64,000 nt of DNA, from positions 1,736,001 to 1,800,000 of the forward strand of contig MU006091.1 of assembly GCA_010093705.1 (NCBI GenBank), written 5' to 3'. The position numbers were made by a program, and so were the translations under genes. Origin of the DNA: Patellaria atrata CBS 101060. Lineage: Eukaryota. Every line of letters begins with the position of its first letter. The stretch's first letter is position 1. The notes below the pieces were generated by a model. That model was not told where the DNA came from. It was given only the letters and a program-made list of their open reading frames with translations, and did not search any database. Shown here piece by piece: positions 51,087-63,729 of this stretch.

Positions 51087-53240
51087 ATACAGAAGTTCTG
51101 TTAACATAATGTGTTCTTACGGTCGCCCTCGTTATATTATCCATTTCGCAATAGCATAAAGATCGCAAATTTAGAACTTCGCTAGCTCTACCCGTGACCA
51201 GTAAGTTCTAGATTGTTTCACTTTGGACTACGGAAATGGTCGATATATTCCAGTTTCTAAATTTAGAACGGTTTGTGTACCCTCCTAATGTCTAAGCTAT
51301 ATACGTAGTCAACCAAGATAATCTCAGGCAATTTGAGAGAAGTGATAAGGTAACGGCGTCAAGGCAGAAACAGCAATTTGACACATACTAATCACGATTA
51401 CTACCAAGATCAATCATATATAAGGTGGAGCTGGTGATGTGTACCACATTTTCATTTCATCGGTCAAAGCTGACAAGGAATTGAAGCCAAAGCGAGTCGC
51501 ATTTCCCCCTACTCCCTAAATAGAATTTGAAGGTGGAGTGGATTATACAGAGTTGCCTAAAATGGGGACGAAGGTTGTGGTAATATTAAAGAGTCCAAGT
51601 ATGTAACGATTAAGTCATCACTCATTTCCCTTCGAAGCACACAGGCAGTCATTCAAGATCCTGCACACCCCATTCGCTTACTCTAATGTCATATCCATTG
51701 AAGATCAACATCACACATACAAAAGATCAATATGCCTTAAACTAGAATTACGTAAATCGCCAGCATCGGTCGCCGACATTCAGGCGACGCGAAAGCCGAG
51801 ATCAGCTCGCAGCCATGGAAGGCTGTGATGCATTCCATGGCTGTGATGCAGGAAACCAGTTTCCAAAGCAAAGGGAAGATGGCGACCGTTTCATGTTCAG
51901 CGGGAGTCGACCGCTACGCAGAAAGTCGTGGCCACCATTTATATGGTGGACTTACCGGCGAGAATTGGAATCTGTGAGATAAACTGGATCTGCAGGTGCA
52001 TGGAGTATATTGCGATTCTCAAATGAGTGGTTCTATCTGGCTGTTATATACGGCAGGTGTGTACCAAAACGGACGGAACAGTATTAAATACATGTCTTAG
52101 AGAAAACAGTAAAAATAGGTACCAACAGTAAGAATTAAAAGATAGTTAGGACTGTATCAGATTAGTAACCCTGGTTACGCTGATACCAAATAAGCGAGTA
52201 GCTCGTTAGCTCTAGTCGCCAGTAAGACCAATAACTCCGACAGCTCCACCATCTAACAGAATCGCTATAGAGCATCCTATTACAGTCATTGTTTTGAGAT
52301 AGTTTCTTAAGTAGAAAGCTGATAAGAGTCTTCATGTAGGAGAGTAAGTGGCTAGAGATAATGAACTCTAGGCATACAAACTCGGCTGTACATCAATAAC
52401 ATGTAAAGATGAGAGTCCAAACTAGAGGTACGACCTATAGGAACACTTGTAGTATCTGGTAGGGCTACACATGATTACATTTTCGAAGCATACAGATTTG
52501 CAAACCATAGCTTTTGAGGCTCTCGAGCAAGCAAGTAGATGCGCTCCTGATTTCTCATAATGCTTAAAGTGATGAGCAAGTCACTCTTAATTACTCGCTC
52601 TTAATTACCCAACAAAGCTCCCAGTACATGAACTCGAAAAGCGTTATCAGATAATTGGCCAGGTTCTGGGATTATACAAGAAATCAAACATCGAATTTAG
52701 TCTTGAACCAGAGCCCGGAGCGCATTCGAAACCTCCGAGGCTAGGAGCGTCTTTACAGCATCTGACTCTCATCGACTCTGGATCTTTGAACGTAATTCAG
52801 CTGTATAAGACTGGTCAAATAAGCAAGCGATCGAGCGTCAGTATCTTCTACGAGTGGACGGCTCATCAGTAATCATTTGCAAGAAGTTGATGAAGTTCAT
52901 GTCTTTGGTTGGCAGGTATAAATTTCCTAGATGTGCCGGGGGATTCAATTAATGAGTGACTGGGGTGACTGTTAGACAAGATAGGATGCGCCTTACGCTG
53001 ATAAGGGAATTCGAAACTTGTTTGGAGGAGGGTAATCCATGTGTTGCCAGCTAACCTTTACTAAAATCATTCGGCTAGAAGCTACTTAAACTGTCGCACA
53101 AAACTGGAGGAATATCTACACGTGGCATGGAGATTATGTCCATCTTGAAGGGCAGCTTTACTGTAATCTTTTAACTACTGCTTGACTATCGAAATTCTAA
53201 GGTGTATTAAAGTGAGCCTGCGAGGAGAAGATCGGGAGTA

Positions 53241-54372
53241 TTACAAAATTTTAGAGTTTAGATCGTGGCGCGGGACTAATATATACGCGCTGGAAGCTAC
53301 AAAGTAGGCTGTAAAGATATGGCATGTTCTAGCTTCATTCCCTGGCTCGCCATCTCCTGGAAGACGGCGTGCATGGTTCTCTAACCTATGTTCAACGTCT
53401 GCACTTAACTCAACAGGGTGTGGTGGTACAGCAGGTGGCCTCGCCAATCCAATGTGACTTATTTTACCTGTACTTTCCATTTCAGCACGGCCGACAATGC
53501 CTGAGAGCGGGCTGGGCATTTGGTGAATGACGGATTTAGGAGCCTCAGACGCTGGGTGAGGTAGCCTAGATTGAGGTCGTCGCAGGAGATACCCTAGGAT
53601 AGCGGTTATCAAAGTTAAGCCTGCAACACCCCCAACTACACCACCGACTAAAGCCGCCGTGTGGTTGTTCGATGAGCGATTGGTCGGCTCGTCCAACGCA
53701 GAGGTTGATGTTGGCGCAAGCCCTCCGGGAGAAGGCTTGGATGGCTGTAGATTGAAATTTCTTCCGTTAATTAGGTTCTTTTATTCTTGAGAGTTAGTTA
53801 AAAGAGGGACAAACATTAATCGCAGTAGCTGGAACCGAGAACGCATATCCCTCGATGGCAAGTGCGTAAACTTGGGCGCCGGGCGGGGCGGACCAAGTAC
53901 TCGTCACTGTAACTGATGAAATGCCGTACGCTGTGACCCGAATAGTTTCCACGTCGCTATAGCATGTTCCATTCAGGGCGGGCCGGGTGAATGGGGCATT
54001 TACGCTGGTCGCGAGGCCCATGCCGTTCGGACAGCACGCTAGGTAGCCATCTGGAAAGAAGCTGCTAAAAATGGTTTGATAACCAGCAGGGCAGATCAAG
54101 GGTGCAATTGCTGGTAGCGGGGTGACGATGGACTTCTGTGAGAAGTATGACGAGAGGAACTGGGGTGGATAACACTGAGTAAATGTCGAAGATGGGACAG
54201 GACTAGGGTGATTGATGTAGATAAAGTACGAACTCGCTGCCATCATTGTGAATTGACTATAGGTACATGATGCAGGCCTGTAAAGGTTGCAGTGATAGCA
54301 CCGATTATGTCTGAAACGTTGTCCGCCATTTTGTTTCGAAAGGTTCATAGTTGAAGAAAGGAGTGATGGCAT
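53241..54372 (-). CDS. Single-pass membrane protein with a Cys-rich ectodomain and Ser/Thr stalk; possibly frameshifted near the 5' end
   Basis: QCYPP...PLICPAGY...ACCPNG...GTCYS, an intron at about 53747-53813, then TM AALVGGVVGGVAGLTLITAILGYLLRR and a tail with AEMES/VELS motifs. Confidence 0.5.
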
Positions 54373-55561
54373 GGCAGAAATAAGAATTGCACAAGAAAAA
54401 TAAACATAGTCCAATGTATTGTACTTGCCGTTTCCTTTCGTTTTTCGCCCAAGAGCTGGACTGGCTGTCTATACTTATTGAATGCAGGGCGTACAGCGTA
54501 TAAAACCCGGTAATTGGTGATACATGGGGGGCAAGACTGTTGGGTGAACTGTCACGAAAGATTGTAGATTCAACCGTTTTCGTAAAAGATTTGATTATTG
54601 TACGAGGGATTCTATGCACACTGAGTAGGAGGGGCCGAAGCGGAGAAAACGATAAGTCGATAAAAGGCTCGCTGGGCGGAGTCGACAGTGAGGCAAACAT
54701 CAGCCGTATACCTGTGGTAACCATTAGAAGCAGCGGTCTAAGGATAAAGGCCTGTTCGTATCAGTCCATCGTAAGTGAAAGGGAGATGCTGCAGAGACAC
54801 GAAGATACTGAATGGCGTTCGAAAGGAGGTTTAATATAGAACTAACCCGGTCTGCTGGGAGCGGGGAGAGTTGGAAACGCTGCACGCAGACATGCAAGAA
54901 TCAGTAAGGTAGCTTCAAGGGCTCGAAGAAGGGAGCACAAGAGGCTGATGGTTGTTGGTTCAATACAAGAAAGAAGGGAGAAAAGATGATGTGTGATTAG
55001 AGTAGAAGTCCAGAGTCTTTCTGTTTTGGACTAAAAATAGGGAGCACGTGATCATGATGGTAACTTACAGCACCTTTTACCTTATCCATACTAGCTCCAA
55101 TTTATAATCTCGATTAGATTATTGGATGTGCGACACTGAGTATACCATAGGTAAGGTAGTTCTGTCGAATTTTGGAATACACGTCAAAATTTAGAGATTG
55201 TTGCTTGATTCCTCTAAGTTCCATAATGGAAGTAATCATAATAAGATGCAAAACGAACGGGCAGGCACCCGGGCTGAGGTGTTCAATTATGCCTTTCTTC
55301 CACCGGACCACACCTTCCCCATCCGTACATCGACAGCATAGGGCAGGAAGAGATAGGATGGAGAAACAGGTAATGGGTACAGGCTAATTATAAGGTAGTG
55401 GAGGTAACGTTGACGGTGAGGTACCTTGTAACCGCTACGGTGCTACCCGACATGTGTTTCTCCCTATTCTCCTACCTTAAGGTATCATATCTAAGGTTAG
55501 CAAAGTAGGTCCTCGCGGTAGGAGTAGAACTACTTCAAAGCCGTTTCCACTTGCTCTCACC

Positions 55562-56915
55562 ATGATCCAGCCATCGCTGCTGTATCTTGCTTCCTTCTTC
55601 CTCGCCCTTCCTATAAACTTTGGCCTTTGCGACAGAGAAGTCTTCGCTCACCACATGATAGGTCTAACGTACGGCTACACCATACAAGACTTCGCCAACG
55701 ACGTCAATGCTGCTTCCGCTGCGGGAATCGATGGATTTGCGCTCAACATCGGTGCCGATGACCATACATCGACTTCGCTGAAAAATATCTATGCTGCTGC
55801 CGAGAGACGGCAATTTCAAGCTCTTCATATCCTTTGACTACGCCGCCAACTGGAAAGGTTGGACGCCGGAAGAGGCGATCGCCATCATCCATAGTTATAG
55901 CAGCAGCCCTGCGCAGTTCCGGTACAACAACAAAGTGTTTGTCTCACTTTCGAAAGTCCTGCCGCCGCCGGTGACTGGGCTCAGATCAAGCAGCAGACAG
56001 ACGCTTTCTTTGTTCCTGACTATTCCAGTAGAGGCCCTTCAGGCGCTGCCGCCTTACCAAACGTAGATGGTTTGTTTCCCAGGGATGCATGGCCGGACTA
56101 CAAAGCCGACGTGCCAACCAGTGACCAAGATGTAAGATTCACTCCTGTGACGGCTACCACTCTTGAATCCTAACCATAACCCCAAGTATAAAGCAGCACT
56201 CGGTAATCGACCCTTCATGATGCCTGTCTCTCCCTGGTTTTATACCAATGTACCCAAGTACGGCAAGAACTGGCTCTGGCACACAACCAACCTCTGGCCT
56301 TTGCGCTGGCAGCAGGTCTTTCAGGCCAGACCCACCTTTCTCCAGCTCATTTCGTGGAATGATTGGGCCGAGTCCCACTAACTCGGCCCCATCACGAAGT
56401 ACGAGGGCGATATACCGACTGGTGCGCTCTGGTATGTCCAGAACATCCCGCACAATGCCTGGCTCAATGATCTACCTTATTACATTCGAAAGTACAAGGA
56501 TAATGGTGCGGAGCCGCCGGCCGGGTCTTACACGCCGCATGTCACCTTCTGGTATCGTTTAAACCCCAATCGCGGTTGTTCTGACGACGGGACAACTTGC
56601 AACAGCCAGATGAACGGTCAACCCACCTTCCCACCCCAAGAGTGTACCGGGGATGCTGTATCATTCTCGATTTTCGCGCCTACAGTCTCGATTGTTCAAG
56701 TCTCTGTTGGCGGAGTGTCGATCGGTTCAAGTTCTAGCACTGGACTGGGTGTCTTTTCAGGTTCTTTCACGTTGAAAGGTAAGGTTGGGCCTGTCACTAT
56801 TTCCGCTTCGTTGAGAGACGGAACGAAACTAGGCCCTGTAACCGGACCAGCTATCACAACAGCCTGTTTCGACGGTGGTAGGACGAACTGGAATGTGTGG
56901 GTCGGAGGGACTTGA
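55562..56915 (+). pseudogene. GH71 alpha-1,3-glucanase (mutanase) with frameshifts and a premature stop
   Basis: VFAHHMIG, AGIDGFALNIG, FKLFISFDY, FMMPVSPWFYTN, QLISWNDWAESH* (TAA where Tyr is expected, 56379-56381) and NWNVWVG. Frame changes at about 55805 and 55950. Confidence 0.85.
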
Positions 56916-57359
56916 GAGTAATGAGTGATAGCCTCCTAAGATACCAATACTCGTGTCTACAATACTATATCTGTCCAGTAGTACAATTCGTCTTCGTCAT
57001 ATTTTATCACTTTCTAATCACAGCGACCATTTCTACTTGCAATATGACCCTCTGCTCCTTTGCTACCACCATCGCATTGAGCGGTTCCCATTCAAAAGCT
57101 CCACTCATACTTTCGGTCTTCACAACTTTTAAGTCTTTCGTCAGATTCTTTTTCGGAATTCTGGTATTGAAAACACGAACTGGTCACTTGGCTTCTTTAA
57201 TGTCTCCCGAGCAAATCTCGTCTCCAACAAACCAATTTCCTGAGTACTGACAACGCCGCTTTTGAATACAATGACTCTTTCACCCTGCTAACTGTTCAGC
57301 TGGTCTCAATATCTCAGACCGCCCATCAGGCCCGAAATGGCATGCCTGTAGAACCTTGT

Positions 57360-57531
57360 TGTCATGGCTCAACCTCAGATGAAAGCTGAAAGGTATATTG
57401 CTATATCTACATAAAGCTTAAACTTTAGGAAAGAAATTTTTGAGACAGCCTATGCTGTTCTACTAAGTACGGTATGACTAAGCCGCTGGATCATCCAAAG
57501 CACTTATACCTATCGGGTCTAACCCGTGACA
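57360..57531. mobile_element. Solo LTR (172 bp), same family as 27222-27395, opposite orientation
   Basis: TGTCA...TGACA termini with a CTTGT TSD on both sides (57355-57359 and 57532-57536). Confidence 0.9.
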
Positions 57532-57639
57532 CTTGTAAGTAGTGATACCTATCAATTCGAGCGATTAATGTTCATTATCTTTCTTAGTTCGGTCACTAGT
57601 CCCTTTAGCTAATAGTTAGTTTGCTAATGCGTCATTGAT

Positions 57640-58700
57640 GTTGGAAATCTCGGGGAATAGGGCATATTTGTTGAGTAGATAGTTTATCTTTTCATAGAAC
57701 CTGGACACATCAGCTGGACTGCAAGTCAGGCTTTTACGTTTCTAGCATCCTTACTCTTCGCGGGATTTAGGGCCATTATGGCATGCAGCTGCGTGCAGAG
57801 CCGTATATGCACTATAGTTCCTTTGACGGTCTTCGAATTGTTCTATGAGCTCACCTGATGCCCATTTGAGCAAGGTATGTGCTCACGTAGGTACCGGAAC
57901 TAATAACGCTGTTACGTTTGGGCTGCTAAATCGCAATATCCATCTCAGTGTGCACAGTAAGCGCTGGCATCGAACACACAAACCTCCCCTGTCTCGGAAC
58001 CGGTTTTAATGTTACCATCCCATAAGTCTAGATGGTCAACTTTGCGTCTCTTACGGATGAATTGCTGCGTGATACGTACCTCTGTGAATCAATGAAGGTT
58101 TGACTGATCGTGTGTCGGCTACCAAGGGACCTAATACTTGCGGAACCAAATGCGTAATCAGCCGTCCGACATGGTGGCCTAAATTCTTCCATGTACCATT
58201 AATCTGTTGGTCCAAACGCACAGCCCCTCGGAGGAGTTGGATGGAAAATTCCACCCAGCTTGAATTCCACGTCGTCGGTGGTGAAAGGTTTCCTCGTAAT
58301 GTAACGATATGAAAGCCGAACATATTAGTAGGGGATTTGCTATACTTATGTAGTTTCACTAATTTGGCGCAGAGTTGAATGGAATCAGGGTTTTGATCCG
58401 TCCATTTGATAAAGTCGCATAGAAAGTAATACGTATTCGGATGAGAGACATTGAGCCGTCCCCATGCATGCGGCTTTGGAACAAGATTAGGAGCGGCTTT
58501 GGATAACTCGTTCATGGAATGGAATTCTCCTTCCAATAGAGCTCCACCTTGCTCATATTCCGCGTACGGAGAGCTGTTAGTATATGTCAGACGGCTGATC
58601 CCCGATAGCCTTATGTTGGAAGATCGTCAGGATCTCCAGGAGTTCGTGTTGGAGATTTTCAGAGCTAAGTGCTCGGCTCCGACTTATCGGTTAAGTATCA
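57640..58700 (-). pseudogene. Fructosamine-3-kinase/ketosamine kinase family pseudogene
   Basis: MEGEFHSMNEL...VPKP.AWG, SPTNMFGFH.VT..G, VKPSLIH|..DLWDGNI, VFDASAY, and EQFEDRQR. The 5' and 3' parts are frameshifted. Confidence 0.75.
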
Positions 58701-59771
58701 CCAAAACTATAACATTAGCTCACTCTTTTGATGTCATTTCTTATTTTATATTTGACGTAGGTAGTATCGTTATGTTCGCCTTGATTTAGAAATTACGTAG
58801 CTAGGCTTTATGACGTCAAAGGGTTAATCAATGAGGTGGTCTGTCATTATATAAACACTAGATAGAATTCGTAGTTGTACGAAGAATCAAACGACTATAT
58901 TCAGTTATCCACAATCTCACAGTATAGGACTCGCGAATCTACCATAAGGGAAGTCATTACCTTGAGGAAATAGAACTTTGGCTCGCCACTGGCAAGTCTG
59001 GTTTCAATTCTTGCGGCAACTGTGAAATCTGATATGCATAACGATCGTAAGAGTGGACGATTGTACCAAGCGGAAAGTCTAGATCAATTGACACCAAGTT
59101 TTTTGCAATATCGTAAATGCGCGCCCCACTGTCAATGACCACTTGGTCTAATGGAAAGTCACCCTGACGACTTTCCCACCGCTGGAACCTGGAGAGACGT
59201 TTTGTACCCTCCCCGACAACTTAGGTGGAAGCTACCACTCTTCAGTCATGATGCCTTTTAGGTAGTAAGAAGTAAGTGTTGATTTTGAAAAGGCATAAAG
59301 TTGTGGGGGAGATGAAAGAATTCTACGAGTAGTATCGAGCAATTGAATATGGAGCATTATGAATGATTTAAAGTCTAGTTCTAATTATGCACAGATAATT
59401 GTAATATTATATGGAGTATATAAACAATAATTATAGTTGACTATAATTATCATAGAAAACAGTCCAATGTTTATTATTTTTTTCGGCGACGTCAGCGTAT
59501 TAGGTTAAAATTAGAACTTCTTCAGCTATGATTATATGAATTATATAATCAACTTCATCATCCCGGTGATGTCACAGAATTCCTCCTCCGTAACATGACC
59601 CCCAAGCCAACAATGTTATCAGCAGTCTACATTAAAACTACCTGGGACAATAATATTGCACCTGAAATCTTCAGTTCTCCGAGCCTCCGCGAACATCCAC
59701 ACTTGAGTCTTGCATTGGAGTAACTCCATCTCGCCATCGCACCGAGAGAACTAATAAGCTTGCCCGCCTTC

Positions 59772-61529
59772 ATGGCCGATCCTAGCTCTTCGCTTGCTAC
59801 CCGCATCAGCAGCATGAATCCATTCTCGAAATCAAGGCCACGAGAGGACGAAGAGGATCTGGGAGAAGAGACCGACTTTGCTGGCGTTGCTGAGGGAGCA
59901 TATGGCACCCGCCGAACGGAGATCAAAAAGAGTCGTCTCCGCATCAGCAATGCTCTAAAATCATTGCTCGCTAACGAAGGTGTCTTGTCATCCGAAGATG
60001 CTGCTAGTGACTCGAACGAACCCTCCAACGCTCTGCGAGCACTGCTCAACAAGCCGCATGCTAAGGTCCCAGCATACGTTAGTGATAGGTCACACCCGTT
60101 GCCAGAATACTTCATCAGTTCAAGTCACAATACCTACCTGATCGCCCATCAGCTGTACGGGAGCTCCTCTGCTACAGCTTACGAGACTGCGCTCACTGCT
60201 GGCTCGCGGTGTGTCGAGATTGACGCTTGGGATAATGACAACAACCCGGAGGAACCCAAAGTGACGCATGGCTACACCATGGTCTCTAACATCCCATTTC
60301 GTTCCGTATGCGAAACGATCCGCGACGTTGTCGACAAAGAGGCGAGCCGGTCCATGAACGAGCAGGGCTATCGCGCTGCTCCCATTTTTCTGTCCTTAGA
60401 GAATCACTGCAGCGTCAATGGTCAGTTACGTCTCGTCCAGATCATGAATGAGGTTTGGGGCAATCGGCTTCTTACCGAAGCTATCCGACAGAAAGGTCAC
60501 GACGAGCAGGAGGGAGGAAGCCACGTAACCCTTGACGAGCTCGGCTCCAAGATCGTTGTCATTGTCGAGTATCACTTTCCAAACGAGGCCGATAATATTT
60601 CAAGTGATAGCGACAGCTCCGAATCCGAGGAAGAAGAGGAGAAAGAGGCCAGACACGCCTACAAAAAAAAGAAGAATGCTACACCTCCGACCATCATCAT
60701 TCCTGAGCTCGCGGCCATGGGTGTTTATGCTCAGTCGGTGAAACCCAACGACAACTCTTGGTTCGAGGATGTACTGCGAAATGCTCCTCATCACCATTTG
60801 ATAAATGTCTCGGAAGTCGGCTTAGGCGCACACATGCCGACCTATAACATGGCAATCGCGCGTCACAACGCCAGACACCTCATGCGCGTTTTTCCCAAAG
60901 GTTCTCGCATATCGTCGCGGAACCTTCATCCAGTACCCTTTTGGGGTCTTGGTGCCCAAATCTGTGCTCTCAACTGGCAGACTTTTGGCGCCAGTATGCA
61001 GATCAACGAAGCAATGTTTAGCGGCACGGACGGGTTTGTGTTGAAACCGGCCGCACTACGCGCCGGAGGGAACGGTGAACTAAGTACAGGTAGGAGGATG
61101 AAACTACGTCTGCGCGTAGCAGGAGCGTCTGACGTCCCTGTACCCGAAGGGAGGGATGAGGGGGACATCAGGCCGTACCTCACCTGTTCCCTAATTCATC
61201 CAACCGACCTGAAGGGTGATCCCCCGAAGCGGAAGACGGGTCAGTACCGACAACACAAGCTTGGATTTGTGCACCGGGGTGAGAATCCGCCGGTGACCGA
61301 TCCAATCTGGAACGAGACGCTTGATTGGGAGTACGACGACAATGAGCTTGTATTCTTACGTTTGCTGATCAAAAGCGATGACAAATTTGCAAGTAACCCT
61401 AAGCTAGCCGCCGCAGCAGTCCGATTGTTATATGTGACTCCAGGCTGGAGTTTCATCCCCATGCTCGATCTGAAAGGCCGCCAGACGAACTGTTCGTTAC
61501 TGGTGCTGTTTGAGTTTGAACACTTGTAA
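59772..61529 (+). CDS. Phosphoinositide-specific phospholipase C (X, Y and C2 domains), intronless
   Basis: HPLPEYFISSSHNTYL, GSRCVEIDAWD, VTHGYT, LSLENHC, LMRVFPKGSRISSRNL, GAQICALNWQ and GFVLKP, followed by a C2 domain (DPIWNETL). Confidence 0.92.
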   Translation: MADPSSSLATRISSMNPFSKSRPREDEEDLGEETDFAGVAEGAYGTRRTEIKKSRLRISNALKSLLANEGVLSSEDAASDSNEPSNALRALLNKPHAKVPAYVSDRSHPLPEYFISSSHNTYLIAHQLYGSSSATAYETALTAGSRCVEIDAWDNDNNPEEPKVTHGYTMVSNIPFRSVCETIRDVVDKEASRSMNEQGYRAAPIFLSLENHCSVNGQLRLVQIMNEVWGNRLLTEAIRQKGHDEQEGGSHVTLDELGSKIVVIVEYHFPNEADNISSDSDSSESEEEEEKEARHAYKKKKNATPPTIIIPELAAMGVYAQSVKPNDNSWFEDVLRNAPHHHLINVSEVGLGAHMPTYNMAIARHNARHLMRVFPKGSRISSRNLHPVPFWGLGAQICALNWQTFGASMQINEAMFSGTDGFVLKPAALRAGGNGELSTGRRMKLRLRVAGASDVPVPEGRDEGDIRPYLTCSLIHPTDLKGDPPKRKTGQYRQHKLGFVHRGENPPVTDPIWNETLDWEYDDNELVFLRLLIKSDDKFASNPKLAAAAVRLLYVTPGWSFIPMLDLKGRQTNCSLLVLFEFEHL

Positions 61530-61904
61530 ATAAACGCTGCTTTTAATCAGAAGACTTCATTCCTACCGATAGAACGAAATGTTCGTCTCAAGGTAGGAAC
61601 GTCAACTGAGGCGCCATCAAAATTACGCAGACATTTTTGAGAAACATTGTTCATTTTGCAAAATCTCCGCTATAATCCCACGAGAGTAATGCTCCTTCTT
61701 ATTAAAGAATTTGGTTAGCTGAAAGGTTGATTATCTTCGCTAGGTGTTTCGCCATATTAATATTCATCTTTATCGAGATACACACAGGCCCATTCGAGTC
61801 CCTTAGTCATCTACGGGGGCTCTCGAGCACTGGAAATTGCCATTACAGAAACGGACAATCACAATTCACGTATTTGCGATTCCTATCTTCTACCGCCTAG
61901 CCGT

Positions 61905-62720
61905 TCATGATTCGGCCCTCATGATGCTATAGACGAAGGAGACACCCATAGAGGTGAAATCTAGTTTCTCGCAGAAGACGACAGGTCAACCCAAGGCTCA
62001 AGGATAAAGAAAACCTGCTTCCGCCTACCACCCAACAGCTCATGGTCCTAGCGTGTCGGGGTAGGCCGGAGACCGAGCGGTCCATTTGAGGTGATCGGCT
62101 GGTGATGAGACTGAGAAAGTCTCGCATCAAAATGTAGCCGTCTGTCTCATCCTTTCTCGACGGCGACTACCATGTCCACGTGAAGGGCCCGGAGAACCAG
62201 CACCCACTCGTCCGCGATACATAGACCTTCACCCATTCGGTACAGCCATAGGTAGTACATGTCACTGTGCCACCAGAAGTTCGTCCTGCCGAGGCTGTGC
62301 TTCGCGCCCGACCAGTCAACCGTCCACGAAGTCAAACCCGTCTGCAAACTGCACCTCCCCCCTCAAGCCGATTAGTGGTTCCAGACAGACTTCCGACCAT
62401 ATTAGGTATAGGTATTAGGTCCGCGTTGATGTGGGTGAAGAGTGTGACGATACCCACATCATAGTCGCATGAACCCATGCTTCGGAGGCAGAGGTTGTTA
62501 CGGATGCCCATCAAGCTATATATCGTATCACTGGAATCCGAAGAGCGGCGGAAACGCTACCGGTAGATCAGGAACGGCGTCTTCTCTTCGATCAATGCGC
62601 GTACCCCGCTCATGGCCGCCGTGATGTCGTCCAGGAGGCTGTTGGGCTCTATCTCCTGGTGTTGTTGATACTATTCCCATTGTCTAGCTAATCATCCCCC
62701 CCAAAACCATCATGTCATGT
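61905..62720 (-). pseudogene. Relic of the C-terminal half of a HET-6-like heterokaryon incompatibility protein
   Basis: SDSSDTIYSLMGI (cf. DPRDKIYSLLGI), GLTSWTVDWS (cf. LPSWVPDW) and MGVSFVYSIMRAE (cf. IGEAYVHGIMDGE), in shifting frames with stops. Confidence 0.55.
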
Positions 62721-63601
62721 CGTACCCTTCCTCGCTTCTCTTACCTCCTCAACCGAACACAGGAGGGATAGTTTTCGGGGTATGAGTGGGTGGTGTTCGT
62801 AAGGTATTTCGTGTAAGAAGGTTTAACGGGAGGTAGTTGGGAGTAGAGAGGCTTCACGCAATTTGATCGCAGGCGAACAGGAAGGCGTTGGGAAAGGTAT
62901 ATTTGAATTGGCATCTGTTAAGTGATTGGGGTAGTTGGCGTTCAGGAACAGTATCTCATCATGTGTTCCATTATGAAAAACTCAAGTGCGGCCTAGGGTG
63001 CACACGGGGAAAAGGACGGGTTAAGGCTCCAGTCAGGGTTCTAATTGAACACTACTAAAGAAATAGTCCTCACCGCCGCCCGAAAAGATCTCGAAACACG
63101 AGTTTTCATTTAAACGGAACTGTGGTTTCAAGAATTGAAGAGAGGGAAGCTTTGAAGACCGAAAAGGACTTGGGAATAACCTAAGGCGCCAAGGGATGGA
63201 GCTTATAATTGAAATAATGCTGATTAGGTTCACGGATTGCGTTCTCATTTTCCCTGACTACTTAATTTTCATGGAGTGCTCGGAGAAGGTTGAATTCTTA
63301 TGAAGAGCTGCAGAATTACTGTTCATACCAGCATCGATATGGAGTTATCTTGGACTGTTGGTCTATTTATGTGTCTACACTATATCCTGATTGCAATAAT
63401 GCTTGCTTACCATTTCATTGCAAAACAAACAGGAAGTGACATCAATACTGAAAGATAGCTCATTCATGAGCAAAGTACGCAACGTAAATACTCCGCATAG
63501 TTATTACTGTTACGGCCACAGGACGAAGAAGCGGCATTACCCATAGAGCGGTAGCGCAGAAGTGTCAGAACGGAACAACCATCACGGGTAGGAGATCACG
63601 T

Positions 63602-63729
63602 GATGTGATCGATGTGCTCGACGTGCTCGAGGGGCGAGCAGAGCGAGCAGAGCGATCAATGTGCTCAATGTGCTCGATGTGCTCGATGTGCTCGACGTGC
63701 TCGAGGGGCGAGCAGAGTGAGCAGGGCGA
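63602..63729. repeat. Composite minisatellite: 9-bp GATGTGCTC units and GAGCAGAGC units arranged in a 33-bp direct repeat
   Basis: GATGTGCTCGACGTGCTCGAGGGGCGAGCAGAG occurs at 63611-63643 and 63685-63717, with more 9-mers between the two copies. Confidence 0.85.

Noticed and set aside
27222..57531. Inverted repeats as the ends of one 30-kb composite mobile element
   Set aside because: Each copy has its own complete and different 5-bp TSD, which indicates two independent solo LTRs.
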